Source of the DNA: an uncultured Kiloniellales bacterium
GTDB lineage: Bacteria > Pseudomonadota > Alphaproteobacteria > Kiloniellales > JAKSDN01
Direction: 5' to 3'
Length of the DNA: 64,000 bases
Assembly: GCA_947258885.1 (NCBI GenBank)
Contig: CAMYKD010000022.1
Location: 9,324-73,323, forward strand
Shown here: positions 46,780-56,386 of the stretch, in pieces
Layout: each line of letters begins with the position of its first letter
Numbering within the stretch: position 1 is the first letter of the stretch
Translations under genes and position numbers: made by a program
The notes under the pieces: generated by a model
What the model saw: the letters and a program-made list of their open reading frames with translations, nothing else
What the model was told of the DNA's origin: nothing
Database searches by the model: none

Positions 46780-48402
46780 ATGAGCCGGCCTCTGGAAAGG
46801 CGTTTCACCGCCGACATCGCCTCCCCCGGTCTGGCGCATGGGGCATTGCATGTCCTGGCGGGAACCGGCTGCTGTACCGCTGCCCGCGTGGCTGGAACGC
46901 CGGATGAGGAACGCGAGGCTCTCGAACAGGCGATCGCCGGAGCGGCCGAGCAGCTGTCGGAATTGGCCCGGAAGGCCCGCCCGAGGGCGGCCGATATCCT
47001 GGCCGGTCAGATCGCAGTCCTGTCGGAGTCGGAGTTGATCGGTCCGGTCTTGGAGGCGATCGAGGGCGGCGAGCCCGCCTGGTCGGCCTTCCGCGACGCG
47101 GTGGGTCTTGCGATTGCCGAACGCCGGACCGCAAGTCCTCAGGCCCGCGCCGAGGACTTGGCCGACCTGCGGGACCGGGTGCTCCGCTGTCTGCTAGGCG
47201 GGGAAGCGGAAGGGCCGGGAGAGCTTCCGGCTGGCGCTATCGTGGTCGCCGAGGCGTTGACCGTCTCGCGCTTCCTGGAGGTGGACTGGCGTCGCGCTTG
47301 CGGCGCCGTTTTGCTGGCGGGCAGCCCGGCCAGCCACGTGGCGCTGTTGGCGCGGGCCCGGGGCGTGCCCCTGCTGATCCGGCCGGACATCGACCTGGCC
47401 GAGCTCGAACCCGGTCGGGACGCGGTTCTCGACGCGGAGGCCGGATGTCTGGTTCTCATGCCGAGCCCAGCGACCAGCCGGGACTACGACCGGCGCATCG
47501 CCCAACGCCGACACGAGCGGGACCGGAAGGAACGCTGGCTGTCCCGGCCGGCCGTGACGGCGGATGGAATGACGGTTCGCGTCTACCTTAACGTCGACGA
47601 CCCGGCGCTGCTCGAGGGTATCGACCCGGCCCATTGCGATGGTATCGGACTGGTCCGCAGCGAGTTCCTGTTCCCGGAAGAGGACGGCCTGCCGGACGAG
47701 GAACGGCAGTACCGCGTCTACCGGGCCCTGCTGACCTGGGCCGGCGGCCTGCCCGTGACCCTGCGAACCCTGGACGTCGGCGGCGACAAGCCGGTGGCGG
47801 GCCTGACGCCGAAGGACGAGGCCAATCCGGTGCTGGGCCTGCGCGGGCTGCGGCTATCGCTCGCCCGGCCCGAGGTGTTTCGGGGCCAGTTGCGCGCGCT
47901 GGCCCGCGCCGCCGCGCATGGGCCGCTCAAGGTGATGGTTCCCCTGGTCACCCTGCCGGGGGAGTTCGACCACGCCCGCGCGCTGCTGGCGGAGGAGGTT
48001 TCGGCGCTCGAGAAGGCGGGTATCGGCGCAGTGCTGCCGGAATTCGGCATGATGGTAGAGACGCCGGCGGCGGCGCTCAACATTGCCGAGTTCGACGCGG
48101 ATTTCTATTCGATCGGGACCAACGATCTCGTCCAATTTGTCCTGGCGGCCGGCCGGGACAACCCGGCTGTGGCCGAGCTGCTGGATCCGCTGAACCCGGC
48201 GGTCCTGGAGTTGATCGCGCGTGTCTGCGCGCGGGGCCGGGCGCTGGGCCGGGAGGTCAGTCTCTGCGGCGAGGCGGCGAGCCGCCCGGAGTGCATACCC
48301 GCGCTGTTGAAGACCGGCGTGCGGGCGCTCTCGGTGCCCCCGGTGGCGCTCGCCGAGGTGAAGGAAGCGATTGCTCTTGCGGAGGTAGGGGCGTCAGTGT
48401 GA
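46780..48402 (+). CDS. Second PTS Enzyme I paralog (PtsI-like, no GAF domain)
   Basis: 540 aa. EI N-terminus (IASPGLAHGALHVL), phospho-His motif GSPASHVALLARARGVPLL, and a PEP-binding barrel (LRTLDVGGDK, SIGTNDLVQF, LCGEAAS). Confidence 0.85.
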   Translation: MSRPLERRFTADIASPGLAHGALHVLAGTGCCTAARVAGTPDEEREALEQAIAGAAEQLSELARKARPRAADILAGQIAVLSESELIGPVLEAIEGGEPAWSAFRDAVGLAIAERRTASPQARAEDLADLRDRVLRCLLGGEAEGPGELPAGAIVVAEALTVSRFLEVDWRRACGAVLLAGSPASHVALLARARGVPLLIRPDIDLAELEPGRDAVLDAEAGCLVLMPSPATSRDYDRRIAQRRHERDRKERWLSRPAVTADGMTVRVYLNVDDPALLEGIDPAHCDGIGLVRSEFLFPEEDGLPDEERQYRVYRALLTWAGGLPVTLRTLDVGGDKPVAGLTPKDEANPVLGLRGLRLSLARPEVFRGQLRALARAAAHGPLKVMVPLVTLPGEFDHARALLAEEVSALEKAGIGAVLPEFGMMVETPAAALNIAEFDADFYSIGTNDLVQFVLAAGRDNPAVAELLDPLNPAVLELIARVCARGRALGREVSLCGEAASRPECIPALLKTGVRALSVPPVALAEVKEAIALAEVGASV

Positions 48403-48408
48403 CCGCGC

Positions 48409-49578
48409 TCAGGCCAGTACCCGGGCGAGCACGCGAACAAGCCGCTCGATGTCCTCCGGGTCGTGGTAGAGGCCGAAGCCGAAGCGCAGCCGGTCGCCGC
48501 GATGGTCCGTGATGACCTTTGCCTCCAGCAGCCGGCGGTAAATCGCGCTGGCCTGCTCGGTTCGGAAGGTGAGAAAGTTACCGCGGTCCGGCTCCGAAAG
48601 CGGCACCACCAAATGGTCGGGCCGCAGCATGTCGAGCCCCAGCCCGGCCAGCCGTTCTATGAAGGCCTCCTGCAGCGCCACGCCCCGAGCGTGGATGGCG
48701 TCCACCGTCACGTCCAGCTCCTGAAGCCAGGTCTGAACCGCGTTCAATCGGTAGAGCCCGACCGGATCGAAGGTCGCACCGAGGAAGCGCGCGCCCTCCG
48801 GACCATAGGCGACAGCGCCGTCTTCGCCCTCTTGCAGCGCGCCGAAGGCGGCGAACCAGCCGGTGTCGCGCGGCCGCGCCGCGATGCCGGGCGGCGCGTG
48901 CAGGAAGGCAGCGCCTTCGCCGGCCATGGCGTACTTGTAGCCACCGGCTAGGTAGAAAGCGCGGTCCTCGATCTTCGAGAGATCGGTCGGCAGGGCGAGA
49001 AACCCGTGGTAGCCGTCGATGGCCACCAGAGCCTCTTCGTCCGCGACGGCGCCGACCAGGGCCGCGAGATCCGGGACCGCGTAACCTGAGTTATAAAACA
49101 CTTGGCTGAAGTAGATCAGGTCGTGGCCGCCGCGCCCGGCCTCTTCGGCGAAGCGCTCGGCGAAGCTCGCGAAGGGCTCGGCCGCGACGCGCGTGACCTC
49201 GGCGAGTCCGTCCTCTTCCAGGCGGCGCATCTGGCGGGCGAAGCTGTGGAACTCGCTGTCGGTGGTCAGTACGCGGACCGTATGCCCGGCCGGCAGGCAG
49301 GACAGGATGCGCAGGACGAAACCGTGGGTGTTGGGCCCGAAGGCGATGGTTTCGGGCCGCGTCAGGCCGAGCACGCGGGCGACGTGGCCCTGCGCGGCGG
49401 GATAGACCTCGCCGAAGACCGTCTGCCACTTGCCGTCGGCCAGCCGCGCGGCGTCGTACCAGCAAAGCTGCTGCGCCTCGAAGGTCACGTCGGGCCAGAG
49501 GTGATGGCTGTGTGCCGCGAAGTGCAGCCGCTCCGGATCCGCCGCCAGGAAGCGGCTGAAATACGCCTTGAGACTCAC
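48409..49578 (-). CDS. kynU: Kynureninase-like class-V PLP enzyme
   Basis: 389 aa from GTG 49578 (GTGA overlap with the kynA stop). Contains GGYKYAMAGEGAAF (PLP-Lys region) and ITDHRGDRLRFGFGLYH, resembling kynureninases. Sits downstream of kynA. Confidence 0.75.
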   Translation of the reverse strand: MSLKAYFSRFLAADPERLHFAAHSHHLWPDVTFEAQQLCWYDAARLADGKWQTVFGEVYPAAQGHVARVLGLTRPETIAFGPNTHGFVLRILSCLPAGHTVRVLTTDSEFHSFARQMRRLEEDGLAEVTRVAAEPFASFAERFAEEAGRGGHDLIYFSQVFYNSGYAVPDLAALVGAVADEEALVAIDGYHGFLALPTDLSKIEDRAFYLAGGYKYAMAGEGAAFLHAPPGIAARPRDTGWFAAFGALQEGEDGAVAYGPEGARFLGATFDPVGLYRLNAVQTWLQELDVTVDAIHARGVALQEAFIERLAGLGLDMLRPDHLVVPLSEPDRGNFLTFRTEQASAIYRRLLEAKVITDHRGDRLRFGFGLYHDPEDIERLVRVLARVLA

Positions 49579-50675
49579 GCCCCGGATCCGCTGTAGCGGT
49601 AGCCCATCGCCTGGCGAAGCTCCTCCGGCAGCGCCGGCAGCTGGGAGCGCGGGATGAAGAAGGTGGAGAGCGCGAAGAGGTCGGCGAAGACCCGGTGCTG
49701 CTCGGCCGTGCGGCGCAGGTAGTCGTGGCCCGAGGAGCCGCCGGTGCCGACCTTGCGGCCGATCATGCGCTGGACCAGGAGCGCGTGGCGGTAGCGCCAG
49801 CTGGTCATCGTTTCGTCGATGTCCATCAGCCGGCTGAGCAGGGCGAAGGGCAGCTGCAAGGCGGGCTCGTCCCGGTAGAGGTTGATGAACAGCGCGGCCT
49901 GGAGCGCCTGCCAGGACAGATGCCACTGGCCTTGCGCGCGCAGGGCGCGGTGCCGCTCTTCGTCGAAGATCGATTCGAAGCGCGCGCGCGCGGCCTTCAG
50001 CGCGTCGATCTCGGCGGCTTTCTCGGTATCGCCGAGCGCCCGGTTCGAGCCGACGAGGGCGGCCTCGCTTTCCAGCATCTCCGTCACCGCCTGCCGGTAG
50101 ACCTCCCGGAAATCGTAACCGGCCACCGAGACGAAGGGCGTGCGCTCGAGCCAGCCCTCGATCTGGTCGGAGAGCGAGGGCCGTCCTTCCGCGTCGCGCA
50201 GGCGCTGCCGGTCCGCGCCCGGCAGGCGGGCGTCGTAGGGGCGTTCGTCCAGGCTCAGGCGGTCCGCCCGGCGCAGGCCGAGACAGGTCTCCAGCAGGCG
50301 GAACTGCACGCTCTGGAAGCCCGAGGCCGGGAACAGGAGGTCGCGGAAGTCGAGGAAATCGAGCGGCGTCATGGTCTCCAGCACGTCGAGCTGCTGAAGC
50401 AGCAGCTTCTGGATCTCTACAACGCGGCCGAGGCCCTGCACCACTTTGCCGAGGCTGCGGTCGTCGACCTCCGGGCCCGAAAAGGTCGCCTGCACCCGCT
50501 CGAGCTCGAACAGGATCTGCTTGAACCAGAGCTCGTAGGCCTGATGCACGACGATGAAGAGCATCTCGTCGTGCGCCGGCCGGCCGTGCTTTTCGCTCTG
50601 CCGGACTTGGCAGGACAGAAGGCGCTCGAGCTGGAGGTGCTCGGCATAGGTCAGGGACGTCTCGCGCTTGGGCAT
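49575..50675 (-). CDS. kynA: Tryptophan 2,3-dioxygenase
   Basis: 366 aa with HDEMLFIVVHQAYELWFKQILFEL, LETMTPLDFLDFRD, SGFQSVQFR and GTGGSSG. Confidence 0.9.
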   Translation of the reverse strand: MPKRETSLTYAEHLQLERLLSCQVRQSEKHGRPAHDEMLFIVVHQAYELWFKQILFELERVQATFSGPEVDDRSLGKVVQGLGRVVEIQKLLLQQLDVLETMTPLDFLDFRDLLFPASGFQSVQFRLLETCLGLRRADRLSLDERPYDARLPGADRQRLRDAEGRPSLSDQIEGWLERTPFVSVAGYDFREVYRQAVTEMLESEAALVGSNRALGDTEKAAEIDALKAARARFESIFDEERHRALRAQGQWHLSWQALQAALFINLYRDEPALQLPFALLSRLMDIDETMTSWRYRHALLVQRMIGRKVGTGGSSGHDYLRRTAEQHRVFADLFALSTFFIPRSQLPALPEELRQAMGYRYSGSGA

Positions 50676-50761
50676 TCCGGGACCTCTCGCGTGAAAACGG
50701 GGAGGACTCGGGGCAAGGCTAGCACAAGACGGGGCAGGGTTCTCCCGGCACGCGCGCTGCT

Positions 50762-51391
50762 TCAGGGGCAGCGCCGGCGGAACTCCCGGATCTGATAGGC
50801 CAGGAAGACCGGAGCGCCGACGCTGGCCAGGGCGAGGAAGGGCACCAGCCCGCCCAACCAGACGATCGGGCCGACCAGGTACATGACATCCTCGATCTCG
50901 AAGCCGGCGACGCTCCGCTGGCTGATCGCCTCCCTGTCGACCCGGCGCTCCAGCTCGAACACCAGGACGAAGATCACCGCGACCGCGAGACCCGCCACGA
51001 TGCCCATGGGCAGCGCCCAGGAGTGCAGGAGGCTGTCCCTCAGCCCGTAGCCGATGCCGCAGAACAGCGCCACGTGGACGATGCCGCCCGTCAGGACGTC
51101 GAAGATCTGGCCGAAGCGGGAGGTCTGGCCGGTCATGCGAGCCAGCTCGCCGTCGGCGTGATCGAGCAGGGCCGAAACCATGAACAGCAGCGCGCCCCAG
51201 TGCATTGCCGTTCCGCCCTTGGCGATCAGCAAGGCGCCCGCCAGGCCGATGACCAGGCTCGAGGCAGTGATGTGGTTGGGCGTAACCGGCGTCCCCACCA
51301 GGGGCCGCACCAGCGCGCGCGCCAATCGCTTGTCCCAGGGTGCATGGACGACGAGTCCACCCGGGGCCACGGATCTATCAGTAGAGAACAC
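50762..51391 (-). CDS. CDP-alcohol phosphatidyltransferase family protein
   Basis: 209 aa, membrane protein with DHADGELARMTGQTSRFGQIFDVLTGG, matching D(x)2DG(x)2AR...G(x)3D(x)3D. Confidence 0.85.
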   Translation of the reverse strand: MFSTDRSVAPGGLVVHAPWDKRLARALVRPLVGTPVTPNHITASSLVIGLAGALLIAKGGTAMHWGALLFMVSALLDHADGELARMTGQTSRFGQIFDVLTGGIVHVALFCGIGYGLRDSLLHSWALPMGIVAGLAVAVIFVLVFELERRVDREAISQRSVAGFEIEDVMYLVGPIVWLGGLVPFLALASVGAPVFLAYQIREFRRRCP

Positions 51392-51528
51392 CTAAGCCTC
51401 CCTCATACACGGCAGTCTGTAGCCCCTATGAAAGAATCCGGTAAAAGACCCATCAAATCAAGAACAATTCCGTAGTATTCCCGTCGAGATTTTGTACCCT
51501 GTCCGCCGAGGGGAGGGAGGGTCTACCC

Positions 51529-52872
51529 GTGATCTACGACCCCTTGAAGGCGCCCCATCCGGGCCAAGGGCTGGCGCACGAGGAGAGCTATTGGACCGCT
51601 ACGGCCGGGGCGGAGCCCGGCGACGACGGCCCGGTCGCCGGCGACCGGGACGCGGACATCGCGATCATTGGCGGCGGCTACACGGGCCTGAGCTGCGCCT
51701 ATCATCTGGCGCGGAACTTCGGGGCCCGGCCCGTGGTCCTCGAGGCAAATCGCTGCGGCTGGGGCTGCAGCGGGCGCAACGGCAGCTTCGCCCGGCCCGC
51801 CCTCGGCCGCCTGAAGTACACGGACTGGATCGAGAAGTGGGGCAGGGCCAGGGCGCGCACGCTCTTCGCCGAGTCCCTGGAGGCGCTCGGCACCGTGCGC
51901 AGCCTGATCCGCGACGGCGCGATCGCGTGCGACGTCCAGCCCGACGGTAGCCTGAAGATCGCCCACCGGCCGGGCGCCGTAGCGGCGCTGGAGCGGGACC
52001 ACCGGGTGCTGGTCGAGACCTTCGGCTACCCGGCCGAACTGCTCGACGGCGGCGGCCTCGAAGCCCGCCATTTCAAGGGCGAGGAGGCATTTGCCGCCCT
52101 GCGCCTGCCGGACTCCTTCGCGCTGCACCCCCTGAAGCTGGTCCGGGGGCTGCTCGAAATGGCGCGCGCCGCCGACGCCGTCGTTCACGGCGGCAGCCCG
52201 GTCACCGCCTGGCGGAAAGACGGCGTCCGCCACGTCCTGAAGACGCCCGGCGGCGAGGTTCGGGCCGGGACCGTGGTGCTGGCGACCAACGGCTATGGGC
52301 CCGAGCACCTGCATCCGGTCCTGCGCAGCCGCCTCCTGCCGGTGCTCTCCAACATCGTCGTGACCCGACCCATGACCAGCGAGGAGAAGGGGGCCTGCAA
52401 CCTCGTCACCACGGACGTGATGTTCGACACGCGCCGCATGCTGAACTACTACCGGCGCCTGCCCGACGACCGCATGCTGCTCGGCAACCGTGGGCCGATC
52501 ACCGCCGATCCCGCTATCCTTGCGGCGCACCGCGACGTGCTGCTCGCCAACCTGAAGCGCAAGTTCCCGCCGCTAAAGAACATCACGGCCGACTACTTCT
52601 GGGGCGGCTGGGTGGCGGTCACCCGGGACCTCATGCCCCATGTCCACCACGCCGAGGGCGACCCCTCGGTGCACTACGCGCTCGGCTATTGCGGCAGCGG
52701 CGTCGCCGCCGGGTTGCACGCCGGCCGTCGCCTGGCCGAGAGGATCGGCGGCGGAGCCGAGGTTATCCCGCTGCTCGACAGGCCGCTGCCGCGCATCCCC
52801 TTCGGCGCCTTCCGGCGCTTCGCACAGCGCATGATCTTCCAATGGTACGGCTATCTGGATGACCGGCCTTGA
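51529..52872 (+). CDS. FAD-dependent (DAO-family) oxidoreductase, gamma-glutamylputrescine-oxidase-like
   Basis: 447 aa, GTG start, dinucleotide fold IAIIGGGYTGLSCAYHLA. Confidence 0.85.
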   Translation: MIYDPLKAPHPGQGLAHEESYWTATAGAEPGDDGPVAGDRDADIAIIGGGYTGLSCAYHLARNFGARPVVLEANRCGWGCSGRNGSFARPALGRLKYTDWIEKWGRARARTLFAESLEALGTVRSLIRDGAIACDVQPDGSLKIAHRPGAVAALERDHRVLVETFGYPAELLDGGGLEARHFKGEEAFAALRLPDSFALHPLKLVRGLLEMARAADAVVHGGSPVTAWRKDGVRHVLKTPGGEVRAGTVVLATNGYGPEHLHPVLRSRLLPVLSNIVVTRPMTSEEKGACNLVTTDVMFDTRRMLNYYRRLPDDRMLLGNRGPITADPAILAAHRDVLLANLKRKFPPLKNITADYFWGGWVAVTRDLMPHVHHAEGDPSVHYALGYCGSGVAAGLHAGRRLAERIGGGAEVIPLLDRPLPRIPFGAFRRFAQRMIFQWYGYLDDRP

Positions 52873-52971
52873 TGACGGGCGCATTCAGCAGCCTTGTCTC
52901 ATGATGTGGTCGACCCGGCCTAACCCTTTGCGGATTCGATGCGCAACCATGCAAGCGCCAACAAGGACGGC

Positions 52972-55435
52972 TTACTTGGTAATGGGCCGAAAGCCGATAG
53001 TCGCCGCCGTCGGCACGAGAAGCAGGTAGCAAAGCGCGCCGATCCAAAGCGTGACGTTGATCCCGAGAGCAAGACTCGTGGCCACGGCGCTGATCGAGGC
53101 GAGTACCCCCGCTCCGCCGTTGATGCCCCAGAACCAAGGCGTGGGTTTGCGGTCGACCGCCGAAATCAGCCGCATCCCGGTAGGGAAGCCGACCCCCAAC
53201 AGCAGACCTGCGGGCGCCATCGTGATCACGCAAATCGCCGCCCGCACGAACAGACTCTCGCTGTCGAACGCCAGCAGAACCCCCGACAGCCAGAACGTCA
53301 TGGCGAGAACATACCCGCTCGTGGCGACGGCCCAGAGCACGAAGATGCGCAGCCTGTCGACCGGTAATCGGTCGGAGATCAGGCTGCCCACGCCGGTGCT
53401 CAAGATGACCGTGAACAATACCACGCTGAGGGAGTAGATCGGGTGGCCGAGAAACACGCTCATGCGCTGTAGCAGGCCGATCTCGATCATCATGAAGCCG
53501 ACGCCGATCAGGAAGAAGTAGGCTGTGCCGCCGATTGCCAGCTTGCGGCCTACATCTCGGATCGCGGAAGAAAGCGGAACGACGATGGTCGCGACGACCA
53601 GCAGAAGGGACACGAACAGCAGCACAAACAGCGTAGCCGTGGCGAGAAGATTGCCTTTTATGACGCCGCCGATGCCGGCGCCCAGGGTCCGCGCGATCTT
53701 GTAAACCTGTACAGGGTCATAGAGCGGCAACTGGTTGAAGAAGAACGGCCTGTCGTCCGTAGGAGGTGTCAAATCGAGCTTCAGGCCGGCGGTATAGTGC
53801 TCGAGCGCGGCGCGGCTATCCGCGCTTGCGATGTTGCGCAGCACCTCCGAAGAGGACTCTGTGCCTGGGCACCTCCGAAGCGGGCCCCGTGCCTGGCGAC
53901 AATCGCAGGTCGAAACCCAGTTTGGTTGCGGCCGATTCGAGCGCCTCGACACTTTCCTGCGAGAAGGGCGAGCGGGAAACGATGAGCGTTGCGACGCGTC
54001 CCGTGGATGCAAGAAAGATGTGGCGTGAGGGTTGGGCTGCGCCTAGCTCCATGAGCGCGGCGACGGCGAGACTGACCATTCGTCCGGTTTCGTTGATATC
54101 CCCCGGGTTGTACCAGCGGCTGACCGTGAAGCTACCGTTGGGCGTCAGCCGCTCGAGGAAGATACGCCACGCCTGGGTCGTATAGAGGCCGTTCTCGCTC
54201 CGTGTGAAGGCGCCCGCGCCGGTCGCCGCCCAGGTATCGACGAGGCTCATCTGAATAAGAACGAACGACTGCTCGCTGCGGGCGAACCAGCTCCGCGCCT
54301 CGTCGACCACGAGGTCCACTCCCTTCAGGCGATGAATCTTGGTGAAGTTCGCGTAAGGCAGCTCTTCAGTCAGAATCTTGATGAAGATCGGATTGATCTC
54401 CACGCCCGTGACCTCCCGCAACCCGAAGGTCCAGGCGGCCAAGACATCTCGTCCGCCACCGACGCCGATAACCGCGGCGCGCTTAAGATCCGGTAGGTAG
54501 TAGGCCAAGTTGGTGACGTCGTATTTGAGAAAGCCAAGCTTGCTCAGGTCGCCGCCGACCCGATAGAGCGTCGTCGCTGCCGCTCCGTCGATGTTGAGCC
54601 GGACCTGGTTGACCGGCCAGTTCTTGAATGGGGTCTTGGGAGACGCGCCCCACATGTGCGGCCGTTTGCCCCGATTCTTGAAGACGGCGACCCGGGAAAA
54701 GGAATTCCATTCCTCGAATAGAATGTCCCGACCCGGATTTTCGATCTTCCCCTTGACCGCAATCGGGCGCAGGCCGTAACTGGTAAGACTGTTGGCGATA
54801 GCGAGAACGGCGAGCACGGAGGCCAGAACCGCGGGCCTGCCGAGGATCATTTGCCCGGGAGGCGGGGACGACCAGCGTTCTCCCACGCCCGATCGAACGA
54901 AGAACAGGGCGGCAACCGCGGCAGTGGCGGCTACCCAGAGCATCGCCGAGGGGCCGTCGGTAACGTTCAGAAGCAGCAGAATGCCCAGACAACCCACGGC
55001 CGCCCCGATCAGGTCCACGCCGTAGACCAGTCCGATTGGATAGGGGCTGCGTGTGAGCGCCAAGCTCACCGCAACGCCGGAGAAGAAGAACGGGATCGCC
55101 ATGATCACGGCCAATTCGGCCCAGATGACCACGGAGGTCACGGTTCGAATCATGACCGGCATCAAAGTCATCTGGACGGCGAGAGAGAGTACTGTCGAGG
55201 CCGCGAAGGCGGCCGAGAAATAGCCGAGATCCACGGACAGGGTCTTTTCTGTGAAGCGGTTTCCGCGCAGGTAGACCCAGACGGCACCCGCGCTCAGCCC
55301 GAACATTGCGATGCTGATGACGAAGAAAGCCAAATAGTACCAGGCGATGACGGATAGGATTCGAGTCTGTACCAATTCCAGCATCAAGGTGGAAGAGGTC
55401 AGACAAAACACGCCAGCATAGAACTTGAACCGCAT
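52972..55435 (-). pseudogene. Spermidine-synthase-fold protein with N- and C-terminal polytopic membrane domains, frameshifted
   Basis: Track ORFs 53816..55516 and 52972..54012 are two halves of one protein. The first half has an N-terminal TM bundle and a methyltransferase-like core (VIGVGGGRDV, LIQMSLVD). The second has a C-terminal TM bundle. They are offset by +1 exactly at a 28-nt tandem duplication. Likely start is ATG 55435 (MRFKFYAGVF). Confidence 0.75.
53841..53896. repeat. Imperfect 28-nt tandem duplication causing the frameshift
   Basis: GCACCTCCGAAG-AGGACTCT-GTGCCTGG (53841-53868) is followed by GCACCTCCGAAG-CGGGCCCC-GTGCCTGG (53869-53896). 24 of 28 positions are identical. Confidence 0.85.
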
Positions 55436-55645
55436 TACCGCCGCTTCCCAAGCAAGTTCGATTTTGAGGATAGCATAGAATCGTCGGCCCCCGTGCCTCA
55501 GAGTCACTGACGCCAAATCGAAGCAATGTCAACAGTTTATGATTCCGTTGTCGGGATGCAGTACTGCCTAGGCAGGGGCCGCCGACCGGCAGCGCCGGCC
55601 GTCGCGCAGCGGGAACCGGTGAATGAAAACGCCTGCTGGATATCC

Positions 55646-56386
55646 TCAAATATCGGTCCTCTTGAAGAGCCGCTCGGGTATCGAGCGGATGACGAGCATG
55701 ATCACGCGCCAGATGCCCGGCACGTAGGCGATCTCGCGGCCGCGCTTGATATGGGCCAGCGTCGCGCGCGCGAAGGCCTCGGGCGTCGCGGGAAAGGGCA
55801 GGCGGGGCAAGCCCCAGGTCATGGCGGTATCGAGGACGCCGGGCTTGATCGTGAGCACCTGGACCCCCGATCGGTAGAGGCGGGCGCGCAGGCCTTCCAC
55901 GTAGGTGTGCAGGGCCGCCTTCGTCGAGCCGTAGAGGTAGTTCCGCAGACGCCCGCGGTCGCCCGCGACCGAGCCGAGAACTACCACGTGTCCGCCGCCC
56001 TGGGCCTCCATCGCCGGGGCGAGCCGGTCGAGGATCGAGACGGCGCCCAGATAGTTCGTCTCGATCATCGTCTTGGCGAGGCCAAAATCCCGGTCCGTCT
56101 GCTCCTGGCTCGGCATGATGCCGAAGGCCAGGAAGATGTTGAGCCGTTCCGCCATGCCGCGACAGGTCTCGATGAAGTTCGCATGGGTGTCGTATGCGCT
56201 CGCGTCGAATTCGAGGGCCGTCGCCTTGCGTCCCGTGCGGATGTTCAGGTCGGCGGCCGTGCGTGCTAGGTCCTCCGTGTCGCGGCCCGCAAGCAGCACG
56301 TCCGCTCCCAGCCGGGCCACCTCGAAGGCGAAGGCCCGGGCGACCGAGGAGGAGCCCCCGAGGATCAGCCAGGTGTCACCGGTCAT
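55646..56386 (-). CDS. SDR-family reductase, DprE2-like (polyprenyl-phospho-2-keto-pentose reductase)
   Basis: 246 aa from ATG 56386 (ATGA overlap with the upstream stop). Contains LILGGSSSVARAF and YGSTK. The rest of track ORF 55646..57067 is a shadow. The functional call rests on context with the DprE1-like and UbiA-like genes. Confidence 0.75.
   Translation of the reverse strand: MTGDTWLILGGSSSVARAFAFEVARLGADVLLAGRDTEDLARTAADLNIRTGRKATALEFDASAYDTHANFIETCRGMAERLNIFLAFGIMPSQEQTDRDFGLAKTMIETNYLGAVSILDRLAPAMEAQGGGHVVVLGSVAGDRGRLRNYLYGSTKAALHTYVEGLRARLYRSGVQVLTIKPGVLDTAMTWGLPRLPFPATPEAFARATLAHIKRGREIAYVPGIWRVIMLVIRSIPERLFKRTDI

Noticed and set aside
48400-48411. Convergent Enzyme I paralog and kynureninase genes whose stop codons are only 6 nt apart (no room for terminators).
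   Set aside because: This is real but unremarkable in compact GC-rich genomes. No structure or conserved element is visible in the junction.
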